From Candidatus Cloacimonadales bacterium (lineage in GTDB: Bacteria; Cloacimonadota; Cloacimonadia; Cloacimonadales; JAFGVF01), in contig OY762964.1 of the NCBI GenBank assembly GCA_963667035.1, positions 2,240,001 through 2,304,000 on the forward strand: a stretch of 64,000 nt of DNA. Direction: 5' to 3'. Position numbers and translations under genes: made by a program. The notes beneath the pieces were generated by a model. That model searched no databases. It saw only the letters and a program-made list of their open reading frames with translations, and was not told where the DNA came from. Shown here in pieces: positions 1 through 11,568 of this stretch. Numbering within the stretch: position 1 is the stretch's first letter; every line of letters starts with the position of its first letter.

Positions 1-4
1 CCCC

Positions 5-129
5 GTGACCAATCACCATATCTTTAGTATTCATGACTCACAAACATCTCACACAATTCTCACTTCTCAAGTAAGTGTTGAGTAAGTGTTAAGTGAATAA
101 TATGTGATTATTATGCAAATATTGGTCAT
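5..129. repeat. 11-bp-periodic mirror element (CTCAC x3 / GTRAR-like x5), probably truncated by window start
   Basis: CTCAC at 37, 48, 59; GTAAG/GTAAG/GTGAA/GTGAT/GCAAA at 71, 82, 93, 104, 115; outer TGACCAAT (6-13) pairs with ATTGGTCA (121-128). Confidence 0.75.
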
Positions 130-272
130 AGGAGTAACGAGAAAGAGGAGGGATTTGTTTAGCTGAAACTAATGTCAGCAGAATTATTCTATTGACATAT
201 TATAATCTATATAGTTTTTAAATATTATAAATTCTAAGTAGAAACACTAAACTCCATTTCTGCGAGGTACCT

Positions 273-1772
273 ATGAAGATAGAATTGATTGAGATTATTG
301 ACAAATCCTTTCCAATGAATGTAGATGAAGAATGTTTGGAAGATATTGGAATCACCAAACATAAAAACAAGTTTAATGATTATCCATATACAGCGAAAAT
401 TAAGGTTGATGATGAGGTAATGATACTTGGTTGCTTTATGCCGGGAAAAGAGAGTGATGCTGAAGAGTTCAAGGAGCTAATGAAAGATGTGGAAAGACAA
501 ATAGAACTTGGTGAGAATAAGTTGTTTTTTCCAAATGCTTATATATCAAATTTCCAGTTTAATGAGGTATTAAGGAACATCCCGAATGCTACTAATGCTA
601 AGTTTTTCTTTTATTTTGAAAATTCAGTATTAAGTGATTGTTACTTTGATAATGTAAAATTCAGGGATAAGACATGTTTTAAACATGTTAAGTTCGGGGA
701 TAAAACAAGTTTTTAGAATGCTACGTTCGGAAACCATACGAACTTTGATAATGCTAAGTTCGGAGATAAAACTAGCGTCTTAAAAGCATCATTCGGGGAT
801 CAGACTAGTTTTCTTAAAGTATCATTCGGAAATGAAACAAGCTTTGAAAATGCTACGTTCGGAAATGATACAAGTTTTACTGATACAAAATTCGGGGATA
901 AGACAAACTTTGACAATGCAAAATTCGGGGATAAGACAAGCTTTGAAAAAGTATTGTTCAAAGGTAAAACTGATTTTAAAGATTCTGTTGCTAAAGGAAT
1001 CAGCTTTAATGGAGCAACAGTATATGAATCACTAAATCTTGGGATTTGTTGCGATGATGATAACAACCAAATGAGATGGATGAATTTAACAGGACTTAAA
1101 ATTCATGGTTTCTTGAAACCAGAGTTGAAAATGGATTTCAAAAGGGAGTTCGCTCCGTGTGTGAGAGGTATTAAATTAGAAAATGGCAAGAAAGATAAGA
1201 AAGATTTGTACTCCATAAAAGAAACATTTCATGTGCTAAAACAAGCATATAATAAATTAGGTAGATATGAAGAGGAAGATTTAGCTTATGTTGAGTTCAA
1301 GAGAGCTGAAGCAAAGTATAAGATTTCAGAAGTTGAATCATCCTCTACAAAGATATGGAAATTGCTTATATATCCGTTCAAGAAGCTATTTTTAGATTTA
1401 ATGGGTGGATATGGCACAAACCCCTTTAGCATAGTTGGAGCAATGGTATTAGCCATTTCTTTGTTTGCTACATTATATACATTGTTTCCTAATCTAATAA
1501 TTGACTCTGACATAAATAAGATTGCAACAGATCCTATATTAAAAAGCGTATGGCATTTAGTATCAGGAAAGTTACCGTTTATTGATTGTACTTTAGTAAA
1601 GAGGCTTGCCAGTTCATTGTATTATAGTGGTATCACATTCTTAACTATCGGATATGGAGATGTTAAACCGGCATCACTCGTAGGTAGAACTTTAGCCTAT
1701 CTTGAAGGATTCTGTGGGTTGTTCCTAATGTCATACCTTACAATTGCTTTTTCTCGGAAGGTACTGAGATGA
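273..1772 (+). pseudogene. Pentapeptide-like repeat / 2-TM potassium-channel-domain protein interrupted by one in-frame TAG (714-716)
   Basis: ORFs 273..716 and 954..1772 share a frame and 717-953 is open; 11-aa repeats; TFLTIGYGD pore motif; intact paralogue at 47620..49308. Confidence 0.8.
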
Positions 1773-1806
1773 CAGAAAATGTTATCATAGCCTTCTTTCA
1801 AGAACT

Positions 1807-3981
1807 CTAGAACGTATATCCTATATTAATATAGTTCCTTAGCTCTCGGTCTCTGTCATTTCCCATAAGAGTGTATTCGATAGGTCCGATCGGAGTCTTA
1901 TAAGCAAAGCTAAGTCCAACACCATGAGTCCAGAAATCCTCTTTGCCGAATCCTGATAAATCCCGAATGACCCTACCGGAGTCCCAACGAGCTATAAAGA
2001 ATACATTGCTGAAGGCTTCATACTGTAATCTTAGCCTACCGATAAATGCATCTTCCGCTACAACTTCTCCAAAATAGTAACCGGTGAATGGTCTTCCATT
2101 CTGTTTATCAGTAAAACCACCAAGATAGTAGGTTTCTTCAGCAGGTACGGAAGAGCTGTTAGTACTCCCTGCAAAACTTCCTATTGCTATAGCAAACCTC
2201 TTATGCAAGGGAATAATCTCCTCTGTGGATAAAAAGAATCTTATGAAATGTTCATCATTGTTCTCAAGCTCATCAAAGCAATTAAACCATTTATACTCAC
2301 AATAAGTATGACTACCTTTAGTTGGATATATGGATTTGTTTCGTGTATCAATCTCTCCATAAACAGCTGAACGTAGCCACCAATTAGAAGTTTCTACTTC
2401 TCCCCATTGTTCGGGAACTATCTCTCCCTTTATCTCAGAACGCAAGATTTCCAGAGATGTTCCTATTTGGAAATTATCTGAGAATATAGTGTTAATGAAC
2501 AGAATCATGGATGCATTATCTATACCAAGTTGAGCTTGCTTGACTCCGTCAGTGTTTCTATAAATGAAGTCAAACTCATCGTAAATCATATCTATTTTGA
2601 AACCGAAACCGGGCCTTAGCCCTGTATGAATAAACTCCGAATAGTGGAATGTCTTGTTGTCACCCAAAGCAATATCAATTGTTACTTTAGAACCTTCCAC
2701 AATCATGTTTCTAAAGGTTGTATTAAGTAGTATTGATGCTTTCATATCACTGTCGTAATGGAATCCGGCTCTAAAGAGATTCTTCTGTTTCTCTTCTACA
2801 TCTATAATCAGAATATGCTCATTATCATCAGTTGGAACTATCCTGTACTTTATCTTGTTGAAGAACCTTGTCCCGTATAACTGAGTAACAGCTCTATCAA
2901 TTCTATCAAGACTATATGTATAACCTTCTCGTAATGGCATTTTACCGATTACAAGGTTCTTAGATACATTCTTTAATCCTTCAATCTTGATTTTCTTTAA
3001 CACAATATCTTCAGTGTTGCTATTCCTATACATTGCCTCGGAAGTATTAACTCTATTTTGAAGTTTAATCAAATGTGGTATGACTTTTCTGGCTGCCCTC
3101 TCCCCTATTGCAATCAATGAATCGGCTTTATTGAAATCAGTGATTGAATAATTACTGACTTCGGGAATAATCAGAATATCGGCTAAATCCCTTTCTCTCT
3201 TATTATTCTCTGCTCCGTATAATCCAATCGATTGCTCCATTATTTCAATCATAGAGTTTAGTTCATCCTTTGAATGCAACTCTGTGCCGACATCGACACC
3301 TATGACAAAATCAGCACCCATGTTTTTACAATCCGATACAGGGAAATTCCTAACCAAGCCACCGTCTACCAATAGTAAACTATCAACCGTTACAGGTTTG
3401 AACATTGAGGGTATGGACATACTAGCTCTTATCGCTTCAGGAAGATAACCTCTATCAAGTACAACATCATCTCCGGTTTCAATATTGGTAGCAATACAAA
3501 GGAAAGGTATTGGAAGGTTTCTAAAATCATCTATATCATGATAACCATATGTAAGCTTTGTTAGTAACTGTGTAATATTCTGACCCGATACCATGCCGGA
3601 TGGAAGCTTTATCTTTAGCTTTTCTATAGGGAAAGTAGCCACATATTTAGAATCACTATCTTTCTCCTCCATAGAAACATTAACCCTCGGAAGCTCATCA
3701 AACAATATTTCGTTCCAGTCCAAACTCAAGATTATATCTTCGAGCTCTTCGGCAGAATAACCAATACTATACAATGCCCCAATAATACTACCCATACTTG
3801 TTCCCGTTATAAACTCGGGTTTGATATTGTACTCTTCAAGAACTTTCAAAACACCAATATGGGCAATTCCCTTTGCTCCTCCCCCACTAAGGGTAAGTCC
3901 TACTTTAGGTTGAATAGCAATTATTGCAGTTATGTTAACAATAATAAAGAAAATCAATAACAGTCTAGAATTATACTTCAT
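1807..3981 (-). CDS. Patatin-like phospholipase with POTRA and C-terminal beta-barrel (PlpD-like)
   Basis: LSGGGAKG, GTSMG, DGG motifs; signal peptide; C-terminal YINIGYTF barrel signature. Confidence 0.88.
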   Translation of the reverse strand: MKYNSRLLLIFFIIVNITAIIAIQPKVGLTLSGGGAKGIAHIGVLKVLEEYNIKPEFITGTSMGSIIGALYSIGYSAEELEDIILSLDWNEILFDELPRVNVSMEEKDSDSKYVATFPIEKLKIKLPSGMVSGQNITQLLTKLTYGYHDIDDFRNLPIPFLCIATNIETGDDVVLDRGYLPEAIRASMSIPSMFKPVTVDSLLLVDGGLVRNFPVSDCKNMGADFVIGVDVGTELHSKDELNSMIEIMEQSIGLYGAENNKRERDLADILIIPEVSNYSITDFNKADSLIAIGERAARKVIPHLIKLQNRVNTSEAMYRNSNTEDIVLKKIKIEGLKNVSKNLVIGKMPLREGYTYSLDRIDRAVTQLYGTRFFNKIKYRIVPTDDNEHILIIDVEEKQKNLFRAGFHYDSDMKASILLNTTFRNMIVEGSKVTIDIALGDNKTFHYSEFIHTGLRPGFGFKIDMIYDEFDFIYRNTDGVKQAQLGIDNASMILFINTIFSDNFQIGTSLEILRSEIKGEIVPEQWGEVETSNWWLRSAVYGEIDTRNKSIYPTKGSHTYCEYKWFNCFDELENNDEHFIRFFLSTEEIIPLHKRFAIAIGSFAGSTNSSSVPAEETYYLGGFTDKQNGRPFTGYYFGEVVAEDAFIGRLRLQYEAFSNVFFIARWDSGRVIRDLSGFGKEDFWTHGVGLSFAYKTPIGPIEYTLMGNDRDRELRNYINIGYTF

Positions 3982-4200
3982 ACTAACCTCATGTTAATGA
4001 TATTATAAAGTTTCATATTTGTCAATACTGATTTCTATTCAATTCCGAAAATGTGATTATATTAGCACTGCTTTATGGCTTTTCATATACCTAAACAAAC
4101 TTTGAGTATCATTGAATGTTGCTACTTTGAATTAAATACTTATTGACACTTTTATATTTATATCACAATAAGTGTATAATTCATAAAGGAGAGTCTGATT

Positions 4201-4485
4201 ATGAGCAAATTCAAGGTAACAAGGGTTGTTGATCCCGGCACATTCGTAGTGTCGCCCACCTGGGAATGGCAAGGAGATAAAGGTAAATATATCAGAATAA
4301 CCGGATATATATGTCCTGGCTGCGAAAATCCTATATATGAATCAGCTTTAAAAAGGTTAAAGAATCTTATAAAAGGTAAGAATGTCGAACTGAGGCATGC
4401 ATATAGAATAGATAGTAATAGACTTGTATGTGATGTATATTTGAATGGGATCAACATAGCAGATTTCTTCCCGGAGTTTAAGTAG
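4201..4485 (+). CDS. Small thermonuclease (SNase)-fold protein, degenerate active site
   Basis: KVTRVVDPGTF...IRITG...L.GK.VEL...RLVCDVY.NG pattern; SD AGGAG; upstream TTGACA. Confidence 0.65.
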   Translation: MSKFKVTRVVDPGTFVVSPTWEWQGDKGKYIRITGYICPGCENPIYESALKRLKNLIKGKNVELRHAYRIDSNRLVCDVYLNGINIADFFPEFK

Positions 4486-4625
4486 AAGAAGCAATCCGTA
4501 TATTTGAACTTAGATATAAACTGTTAAAGTTCTATTAATAAAAGAGTTAGCTATATATTATCCTTGACATATTTTAGTGGTTAATGTTTTTATTCATCAT
4601 TATTTCAAATAATGATGGGTAAAAA

Positions 4626-4913
4626 ATGAAAAGAAACATTGTTGTGGAGATCTGTGGACCCAACCTCTTAAAAACGAAAGAAAATTGGGAATATAACGGT
4701 AGTAAAGGCAATATTATTAGGGTTACCGGATATAAGGCAAACAAGCTTTCAGAGCGAGAAAAGATAACAATTGAGAAAAGGTTAAAGTATCTTGTTCTAA
4801 ACAAATCCGTTGAGTTAAGAAAGATACATCGAGTAAATGAAAACATTTTAGAGTGCGATGTTTATGTAAACGGATTAAACGTATCAGAATACTTTCCGGA
4901 TTTTGGAGACTAA
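4626..4913 (+). CDS. Small SNase-fold protein, paralogue of 4201..4485
   Basis: Aligns end to end with 4201 ORF (WE..G.KG..IR.TGY, KRLK.L, VELR, CDVY.NG.N, FP.F). Confidence 0.65.
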   Translation: MKRNIVVEICGPNLLKTKENWEYNGSKGNIIRVTGYKANKLSEREKITIEKRLKYLVLNKSVELRKIHRVNENILECDVYVNGLNVSEYFPDFGD

Positions 4914-5019
4914 GCTATCATCCTTTAACAAGTTCGTAGCAATAGCTTCCATAGAATTTTCTTTACAAATATAATGAGGAAAATTAATTGGAGTTTCATA
5001 AAATTAAAGGAGAAACGAA

Positions 5020-5289
5020 ATGGCGTTGAAGAAAGAGGCCAAAACGGCTATCATGGCAGAGTTTAAACTCCATGAGGGAGACACTGGAAGTCCTGAAGTT
5101 CAAATCGCTCTTTTGACTACAAGAATTAAAGAGATAACCGAGCATTTAAAAGTTCATAAGAAAGACTTTTCAACAAGAAGAGGCTTACTTAAAATGATTG
5201 GTAAGCGTAGACGACTTCTTAACTACCTTATGGACAAGGATATCGAAAGATATCGTGCTATAATAAAAGCATTAGGTTTAAGACGTTAA
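5020..5289 (+). CDS. rpsO: 30S ribosomal protein S15
   Basis: [28 protein letters not shown]; 89 aa; upstream of pnp. Confidence 0.98.
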   Translation: MALKKEAKTAIMAEFKLHEGDTGSPEVQIALLTTRIKEITEHLKVHKKDFSTRRGLLKMIGKRRRLLNYLMDKDIERYRAIIKALGLRR

Positions 5290-5294
5290 TGTAC

Positions 5295-5322
5295 AGGGGG
5301 ATTTATATCCCCCTTTTATTTT
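5295..5322 (+). terminator. Intrinsic terminator after rpsO
   Basis: AGGGGGAT-ttat-ATCCCCCT followed by T-rich tract. Confidence 0.8.
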
Positions 5323-5344
5323 GATTAGTTAAAAATCAGTTAAA

Positions 5345-5420
5345 GTCGGCTCGGATGTTAAGCAATACATTAAATTCATTAATAAATGGCTTTAATATAT
5401 TGCTTTTTGTCCCGACTGAC
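5345..5420 (+). promoter_or_regulatory. Long imperfect hairpin in pnp leader (candidate RNase III site)
   Basis: GTCGGCTCGGA..AAGCAATACATTAAA pairs with TTTAATATATTGCTT..TCCCGACTGAC. Confidence 0.6.
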
Positions 5421-5442
5421 ACAAATCAGAAAAGGAGCAGAA

Positions 5443-7701
5443 ATGCATAATTTTAATATTACAAAAAAAGAGATGGACCTTTGCGGAACAAAGGTTACAT
5501 ACGAAACAGGTAGAATAGCCAAACAAGCAAACGGTGCTGTATTGGCAACTCAGGGTGAAACAACAATTCTTGTTACTGCAACTATGGGGAAAGAACCTAA
5601 AGAATTCACAGATTTCTTCCCATTAACAGTAGACTTCATTGAAAAGATGTATGCTTCAGGTAAGATTCCTGGAGGATTCTTCAAAAGAGAAGCTAAACCT
5701 TCAACAACAGCGACACTTAATGCTCGCATCGTTGACCGTTCAATCCGTCCTTTATTCCCTGAAGGATTCAGAAATGCTGTACATGTTGTTGTTACAGTTT
5801 TATCCTATGATGGTGTTAATGACCCGGGAATAATGGCAGTTTCAGCAGCCTCAGCTGCTCTTGGAATATCAGACATACCTTTCAATGGTAAAATAGCAGG
5901 TATCACAGTTGGCTATATTAATGACCAATTTGTTGTGAACCCTCCAAATGATAAACTTCAAGAAGAGTCAAAACTTAATCTAACAATATCCGGCTCTGAT
6001 ACTTCAATTGTTATGATTGAAGCAGCTGCAAATGAGTTAACAGAAGAACAATTGCTGGAAGCTGTTTACACAGGTCACGAAGAGATTAAGAAAGTAATTG
6101 CAATGCAATCAGAATTCATTTCATTAGCCGGTAAAGAGAAGATTGTGCCAAAACTAGACCTTGTTCCTGAAGAAATCATGCAAGAACTGGAAGAAAAGTA
6201 TGGTGCAAAAGTCAAAGAAGCCGCCGGTATTAATGGAAAGCTGGAAAGAAATGAAGCCTTTGATGCCATTGAAGAAGAAATGATGGCAAAATATGAAGAA
6301 GAGCTTTCAGAAGATGAGTTTGCTGAAAAACAGAGATGGTTTGCCAATGGTTTCCATGACCTTATAAAGAAATTCGTAAGACATGCAATACTCTTTAATC
6401 ATCACCGTGTAGATGGAAGAGGATTAGATGATATTAGAGACATCACTTGTGAAATTGACGTACTCCCAAGAGTTCACGGAACAGCTTTATTTACCAGAGG
6501 TGAAACACAATCTTTAGGAACCGTTACTTTAGGCAGTGCTGCCGGCGAACAGATTATTGACGGTCTTGATGAAGAATATAAAAAGAATTTCTTCCTCCAT
6601 TATAACTTCCCACCTTTCAGTGTTGGTGAAGCAGGATTTATGCGTGGACCCGGAAGAAGAGAACTTGGACATGGTAATTTAGCCGAAAGAGCTTTGCAAG
6701 CAGTTATGCCTGATAAAGACAGTTTCCCTTATACAATTCGAGTAGTCTCCGAGATTACAGAATCAAACGGTTCTTCTTCACAAGCTACTATTTGTAGTGG
6801 TAGTTTATCACTTATGGCTGCAGGTGTTCCTGTTAAAGCCGCAGTTGCAGGTATAGCAAACGGTCTGATTATGGAGAATGACAAGTTTGTTGTTCTTACT
6901 GACATCATGGGATTGGAAGACCATTTAGGCGACATGGATTTCAAGGTTGCGGGAACCAAAGATGGTATCACTGCAATGCAAATGGATATCAAGATTGAAG
7001 GTATCACAAAAGAAATTATGTCTATAGCTCTAAGTAAAGCACATACAGCAAGATTATACATCTTGGATAAAATGAATGCAGTTATCCCTGAACCTAGAAA
7101 AAACCTCTCAGCTTATGCTCCTGCAATTGAAGCAATCAACGTACCTACCGATAAGATTGGCGAAATCATAGGACCAGGAGGTAAAAATATTAAGGCTATT
7201 ATCGAACAAACTCAGGCTGAAATAGATATTCAGGACAGCGGACTTGTAAGAATTTTTGCAAACGATGCAGAAAGCATGAATTCCGCTAAAGAGATGATTG
7301 GTAATATTTATAGAGACCCTGAGATGGATAAGATATATCAAGGTATTATCTCTCGTGTTGAGTCATACGGTGTATTTGTAAAATTCATGGGTGGTTATAA
7401 AGAAGGTCTTGTTCATGTCTCTAAGCTTGACGAGAGAAGAATCAGCAGTCCTGCATCTTATCTATTCGTTGGAGATGTAGTAAACGTGAGATATACAGGT
7501 TCTGATAATGGTAAAGTACAGCTTTCAATGAAAGGCGTAGAGGGAAATCCTGAGCCTGATGAGATAGCTTTACAACCAGCTCCGCCAAGAGAGCGTAGTG
7601 ACCGTAATGATCGCGATAATGGTGGTAGAGGAAGATTTGATAATCGTCGCGGATCAGGTGATAGAAGAAGTTTCGGTGACAGAGATAAAAGAAGAAGGTA
7701 A
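5443..7701 (+). CDS. pnp: Polyribonucleotide nucleotidyltransferase (start moved to ATG 5443 after AAGGAG)
   Basis: [37 protein letters not shown] and S1 domains. Confidence 0.98.
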   Translation: MHNFNITKKEMDLCGTKVTYETGRIAKQANGAVLATQGETTILVTATMGKEPKEFTDFFPLTVDFIEKMYASGKIPGGFFKREAKPSTTATLNARIVDRSIRPLFPEGFRNAVHVVVTVLSYDGVNDPGIMAVSAASAALGISDIPFNGKIAGITVGYINDQFVVNPPNDKLQEESKLNLTISGSDTSIVMIEAAANELTEEQLLEAVYTGHEEIKKVIAMQSEFISLAGKEKIVPKLDLVPEEIMQELEEKYGAKVKEAAGINGKLERNEAFDAIEEEMMAKYEEELSEDEFAEKQRWFANGFHDLIKKFVRHAILFNHHRVDGRGLDDIRDITCEIDVLPRVHGTALFTRGETQSLGTVTLGSAAGEQIIDGLDEEYKKNFFLHYNFPPFSVGEAGFMRGPGRRELGHGNLAERALQAVMPDKDSFPYTIRVVSEITESNGSSSQATICSGSLSLMAAGVPVKAAVAGIANGLIMENDKFVVLTDIMGLEDHLGDMDFKVAGTKDGITAMQMDIKIEGITKEIMSIALSKAHTARLYILDKMNAVIPEPRKNLSAYAPAIEAINVPTDKIGEIIGPGGKNIKAIIEQTQAEIDIQDSGLVRIFANDAESMNSAKEMIGNIYRDPEMDKIYQGIISRVESYGVFVKFMGGYKEGLVHVSKLDERRISSPASYLFVGDVVNVRYTGSDNGKVQLSMKGVEGNPEPDEIALQPAPPRERSDRNDRDNGGRGRFDNRRGSGDRRSFGDRDKRRR

Positions 7702-7715
7702 ATAGAGAGATATTT

Positions 7716-9122
7716 ATGAAGTATAAAATCAAAGATATTGCCTTATCTGATTTTGGAAGAATGGAGATAAAGATTTCTGAAGTAGAGATGCCAGGCTTAA
7801 TGGCTCTTCAGAACAAATATAAAGAATTAAAGCCTTTGAAAGGTGCTAAAATAACAGGTAGTTTGCACATGACTGTACAAACTGCCGTGTTAATTGAAAC
7901 TCTTGCAGCTCTTGGAGCGGAAATTAGATGGGCAAGCTGTAACATCTATTCTACTCAAGACCATGCTGCAGCGGCTATAGCAGACCAAGGTATTCCCGTT
8001 TTTGCATGGAAAGGTGAAACACTCGAAGAATACTGGTGGTGTACTAAAATGGCCCTCACTTGGGGGGAATCAGGTGGCCCTGACTTAATCGTTGATGATG
8101 GCGGAGATGCTACCCTTATGATTCTGGAAGGCTGTAAATTGGAGAAAGAATACGCCAGCACTGGGAAATTACCTGAGATTACTACAGATAACAGAGAGTT
8201 TGCTATTCTCCAAAGAGCTATAATCGAAGATATAGAAAAGTATCCAACAAAATGGCAAGTTATTGCTAAAAACCTTAAGGGTGTTAGTGAAGAGACAACA
8301 ACAGGTGTGCACAGATTGTACCAAAGAATGGAAATCGGCGAACTGCTTTTCCCTGCTATTAATGTTAATGATTCAGTAACAAAATCTAAGTTCGATAACA
8401 CTTATGGTTGCAGAGAATCTTTGGCTGACGGCATAAAAAGAGGAACAGACGTTATGATAGCAGGTAAGCAAGTAGTTGTTTGCGGTTATGGTGACGTTGG
8501 TAAAGGCTGTGCCAAATCCATGTATGGATTTGGTGCCAGAGTAGTTGTAACGGAAATAGACCCTATATGTGCACTTCAAGCAGCAATGGACGGTCTTACC
8601 GTCGCCCCTGTTGAAGATTTCATCAGTACGGGAGATATTTTTGTGACGGCAACCGGCAATAGAGACGTTATCACCGTTGAGCATATGGCAGCAATGAAAG
8701 ATCAAGCTATTGTATGCAATATAGGGCACTTTGATAATGAAATTCAAGTAGATAAATTATATGCAACTCCGGGAGTTCAAAAAGTTAATATCAAACCTCA
8801 GGTTGATAAGATAATATTCCCTGACGGACATTGCATAATTCTGCTTAGTGAAGGACGCTTAGTAAATCTTGGTAATGCTACCGGACATCCATCTTTTGTG
8901 ATGAGTAATTCATTCACGAATCAAGTGCTGGCTCAGCTACAGTTATGGCAAGAAAAGCATGAGAATATTGTTTATAGACTTCCAAAAGAACTTGATGAAG
9001 AAGTTGCCAGATTACACCTTGACAAATTAGGAGTCAAATTGACAAAATTGTCGTCCGAACAGGCACAGTATATAGGCGTTCAAGTTGAAGGCCCATATAA
9101 ACCTGATCATTATAGATATTAA
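7716..9122 (+). CDS. ahcY: S-adenosylhomocysteine hydrolase
   Basis: [39 protein letters not shown]. Confidence 0.98.
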   Translation: MKYKIKDIALSDFGRMEIKISEVEMPGLMALQNKYKELKPLKGAKITGSLHMTVQTAVLIETLAALGAEIRWASCNIYSTQDHAAAAIADQGIPVFAWKGETLEEYWWCTKMALTWGESGGPDLIVDDGGDATLMILEGCKLEKEYASTGKLPEITTDNREFAILQRAIIEDIEKYPTKWQVIAKNLKGVSEETTTGVHRLYQRMEIGELLFPAINVNDSVTKSKFDNTYGCRESLADGIKRGTDVMIAGKQVVVCGYGDVGKGCAKSMYGFGARVVVTEIDPICALQAAMDGLTVAPVEDFISTGDIFVTATGNRDVITVEHMAAMKDQAIVCNIGHFDNEIQVDKLYATPGVQKVNIKPQVDKIIFPDGHCIILLSEGRLVNLGNATGHPSFVMSNSFTNQVLAQLQLWQEKHENIVYRLPKELDEEVARLHLDKLGVKLTKLSSEQAQYIGVQVEGPYKPDHYRY

Positions 9123-9150
9123 TTTTACAAACATAATAATTGGAGGATTT

Positions 9151-10458
9151 ATGGATTTGATTAAAAAGATTCAGGACAAATCAGCTGTAATCGGTGTTGT
9201 TGGCTTAGGATATGTAGGTCTACCTATGGCTGTTGCTGTTGCAAGAAAGGGTTATAAGGTGCTGGGTGTAGACGTAAGCAAACATGCCGTAGCATCTGTT
9301 AATAAGGGCGAAAATTACATTGGTGATGTAGATGATGATGAACTTCGTGACATCGTTGCTAAGGGTATGTTAAGTGCATCATTGGATTATGCTCCATTAG
9401 CAGAAGCTGATATCATCATGACTGCCGTTCCAACACCATTGGATAAGTATCAGCAACCTGATTCTTCTTATGTTCGTCAATCTACTGCCTCATTAGCTGA
9501 AGTAGTTACTAAAAATACATTAATCATACTTGAGAGTACTACTTATCCGGGAACTACCAGAGAGATTGTTGTTCCGGCTTTAGAAGCTAAAGGCTTTGTA
9601 ATTGGTGAAGATATGTTTGTAGCCTTCTCTCCTGAAAGAGTTGATCCCGGTAATACAAACTACCATACAGCAAACACTGATAAAGTTGTTGGTGGTGTAT
9701 CTCCTAAATGTAATGAGATTTCGAAAGCTTTTTATGAAGCAATTTTAGAAGCTCCTATTCATACCGTTTCATGTCCTGAAGTAGCTGAGATGGAAAAAAT
9801 ATATGAAAATACTTTCCGCAACATCAACATTGCTTTAGCAAACGAAATGACCATTCTTTGCGAACGTATGGGAATCAACATGTGGGAAGTTATTGAGGCT
9901 GCCAAAACAAAACCTTACGGTTTCATGGCTTTCTATCCTGGACCCGGTATCGGTGGTCACTGTATTCCTCTTGATCCTTTCTATTTAACTTGGAAAGCTC
10001 GTGAATATACTTACCATACAAGATTAATCGAGTTAGCAGGAGAGATTAACAACTCTATGCCTGAGTATGTAGTACAACGTGCTATCAAAATGCTTAACCG
10101 TAAAGGTATGAGCATCTCTAAAGCTAAGGTGCTTGTTCTTGGTGTTGCTTATAAGAAAGATATAGCAGACCCAAGAGAATCTCCAGTTGAAAGAGTTATC
10201 AAAGAGCTTGAAGACTTAAATGTTAATTTCGACTTGAATGATCCTTTTGTTCAATCTCCATTCCATAATGAATTTAACGATAAGCATTATGAAACAAAAC
10301 CTTGGGATGAATTGAACCTCAAGAGTTATGACCTCATCATGATTGTAACAGATCATAGTTGTTATGATTATCAAGCAATAGTTAATACAGGTGTAGATAT
10401 TCTTGATACAAGAAATGCTACTAAAGGCATTAAAGCAGATAACATAACATTATTATAA
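9151..10458 (+). CDS. Nucleotide-sugar (UDP-GlcNAc-type) dehydrogenase
   Basis: GLGYVGLP, ESTTYPGTT, FSPERVDPG, PGPGIGGHCIPLDP; SD GGAGG before ATG 9151. Confidence 0.92.
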   Translation: MDLIKKIQDKSAVIGVVGLGYVGLPMAVAVARKGYKVLGVDVSKHAVASVNKGENYIGDVDDDELRDIVAKGMLSASLDYAPLAEADIIMTAVPTPLDKYQQPDSSYVRQSTASLAEVVTKNTLIILESTTYPGTTREIVVPALEAKGFVIGEDMFVAFSPERVDPGNTNYHTANTDKVVGGVSPKCNEISKAFYEAILEAPIHTVSCPEVAEMEKIYENTFRNINIALANEMTILCERMGINMWEVIEAAKTKPYGFMAFYPGPGIGGHCIPLDPFYLTWKAREYTYHTRLIELAGEINNSMPEYVVQRAIKMLNRKGMSISKAKVLVLGVAYKKDIADPRESPVERVIKELEDLNVNFDLNDPFVQSPFHNEFNDKHYETKPWDELNLKSYDLIMIVTDHSCYDYQAIVNTGVDILDTRNATKGIKADNITLL

Positions 10459-10468
10459 ATCTTAGTTT

Positions 10469-10504
10469 GAGCTTAAGCTTTTAAAAGCTTAAGCTCTTTC
10501 TTTT
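10469..10504 (+). terminator. Perfect 28-bp palindrome with T tract, probable terminator
   Basis: GAGCTTAAGCTTTTAAAAGCTTAAGCTC then TTTCTTTTT. Confidence 0.7.
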
Positions 10505-10545
10505 TGTAGGATTATAAGAATGTCCCCAGTTGGAGAATACAATTA

Positions 10546-11559
10546 ATGAAAACAATTCTTCTCACAGGTGGTACCGGTTTCATTGGATCACATGTAGCTG
10601 TTGAACTATTGCAACTTGGTTATAATGTTGTAATATTTGATAATCTTTCTAACAGTAAAATTGAAGTTCTTGATAGAGTTGAAGTTATTACAGGTAAAAG
10701 GCCATCCTTCGTTAAACTAGATTTATGTAATTATGAGGATTTAGATAAAGCCTTTAAAATGTATCGAATAGATAGTGTTATTCATTTTGCAGGGCTAAAA
10801 TCAGTAGGGGAATCCGTGACAAAACCTCTTGATACCTATGAAAACAACCTTGTGTCTACTATCAATTTGATTAAAGTCATGAGTACACATGGCGTAAAGA
10901 ACCTCATTTTCAGTTCATCAGCAACAGTGTATTCTAGTGCAAAGCATTTTCCGGTATCGGAAGAAACTCCTACAATAGCTATAAATCCCTATGGAAATAC
11001 AAAAAAGATTATTGAGGAAATTTTATCTGATATCACTATTGCTGATAATGAATGGAGTATTACAATCCTAAGGTATTTTAATCCTGCAGGAGCACATTCC
11101 AGTGGTTTGATAGGTGAAGACCCTAATGGTATACCAACTAATCTCTTCCCCATTATTACAGGAGTAGCAAACCGCAAGTATGATAGGATTAAAGTGTTTG
11201 GTAACGACTACCCAACTAAAGATGGCACATGTATTCGTGATTATATTCACGTTGTAGATTTGGCCAAAGGGCACGTTGCTGCTTTAACTAATACCCTAAA
11301 TGGATATAATGTCTTTAATCTTGGCTCTGGAGTTGGTTATAGTGTATTAGAAACTATCAAAGCTTTCGAAAATGTCACGGGAATTGAGATTCCGTACGAA
11401 ATTACAGCAAGGAGAACAGGTGATATTCCTGTTAGTTATGCAGATCCCCAAAAGGCAAATAAGCAACTTGATTGGAAAGCTGAGTTGTCTCTTGAAGATA
11501 TGTGTAGAGATGCTTGGAATTGGCAGTTAAAAAATAATAATATGAATAATTCAAACTAA
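10546..11559 (+). CDS. galE: UDP-glucose 4-epimerase
   Basis: TGGTGFIGSH, HFAGLKSVGES, FSSSATVY, LRYFNPAGAH, RDYIHV. Confidence 0.95.
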   Translation: MKTILLTGGTGFIGSHVAVELLQLGYNVVIFDNLSNSKIEVLDRVEVITGKRPSFVKLDLCNYEDLDKAFKMYRIDSVIHFAGLKSVGESVTKPLDTYENNLVSTINLIKVMSTHGVKNLIFSSSATVYSSAKHFPVSEETPTIAINPYGNTKKIIEEILSDITIADNEWSITILRYFNPAGAHSSGLIGEDPNGIPTNLFPIITGVANRKYDRIKVFGNDYPTKDGTCIRDYIHVVDLAKGHVAALTNTLNGYNVFNLGSGVGYSVLETIKAFENVTGIEIPYEITARRTGDIPVSYADPQKANKQLDWKAELSLEDMCRDAWNWQLKNNNMNNSN

Positions 11560-11568
11560 GGAGATAAA

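Noticed and set aside
714..716. Genome-wide TAG recoding or pyrrolysine
   Set aside because: TAG is the normal stop of several intact genes here (e.g. ackA, prepilin peptidase); no pyl genes seen
651..980. Diversity-generating retroelement target in the repeat genes
   Set aside because: No reverse transcriptase and no TR/VR pair with adenine-specific differences in the window
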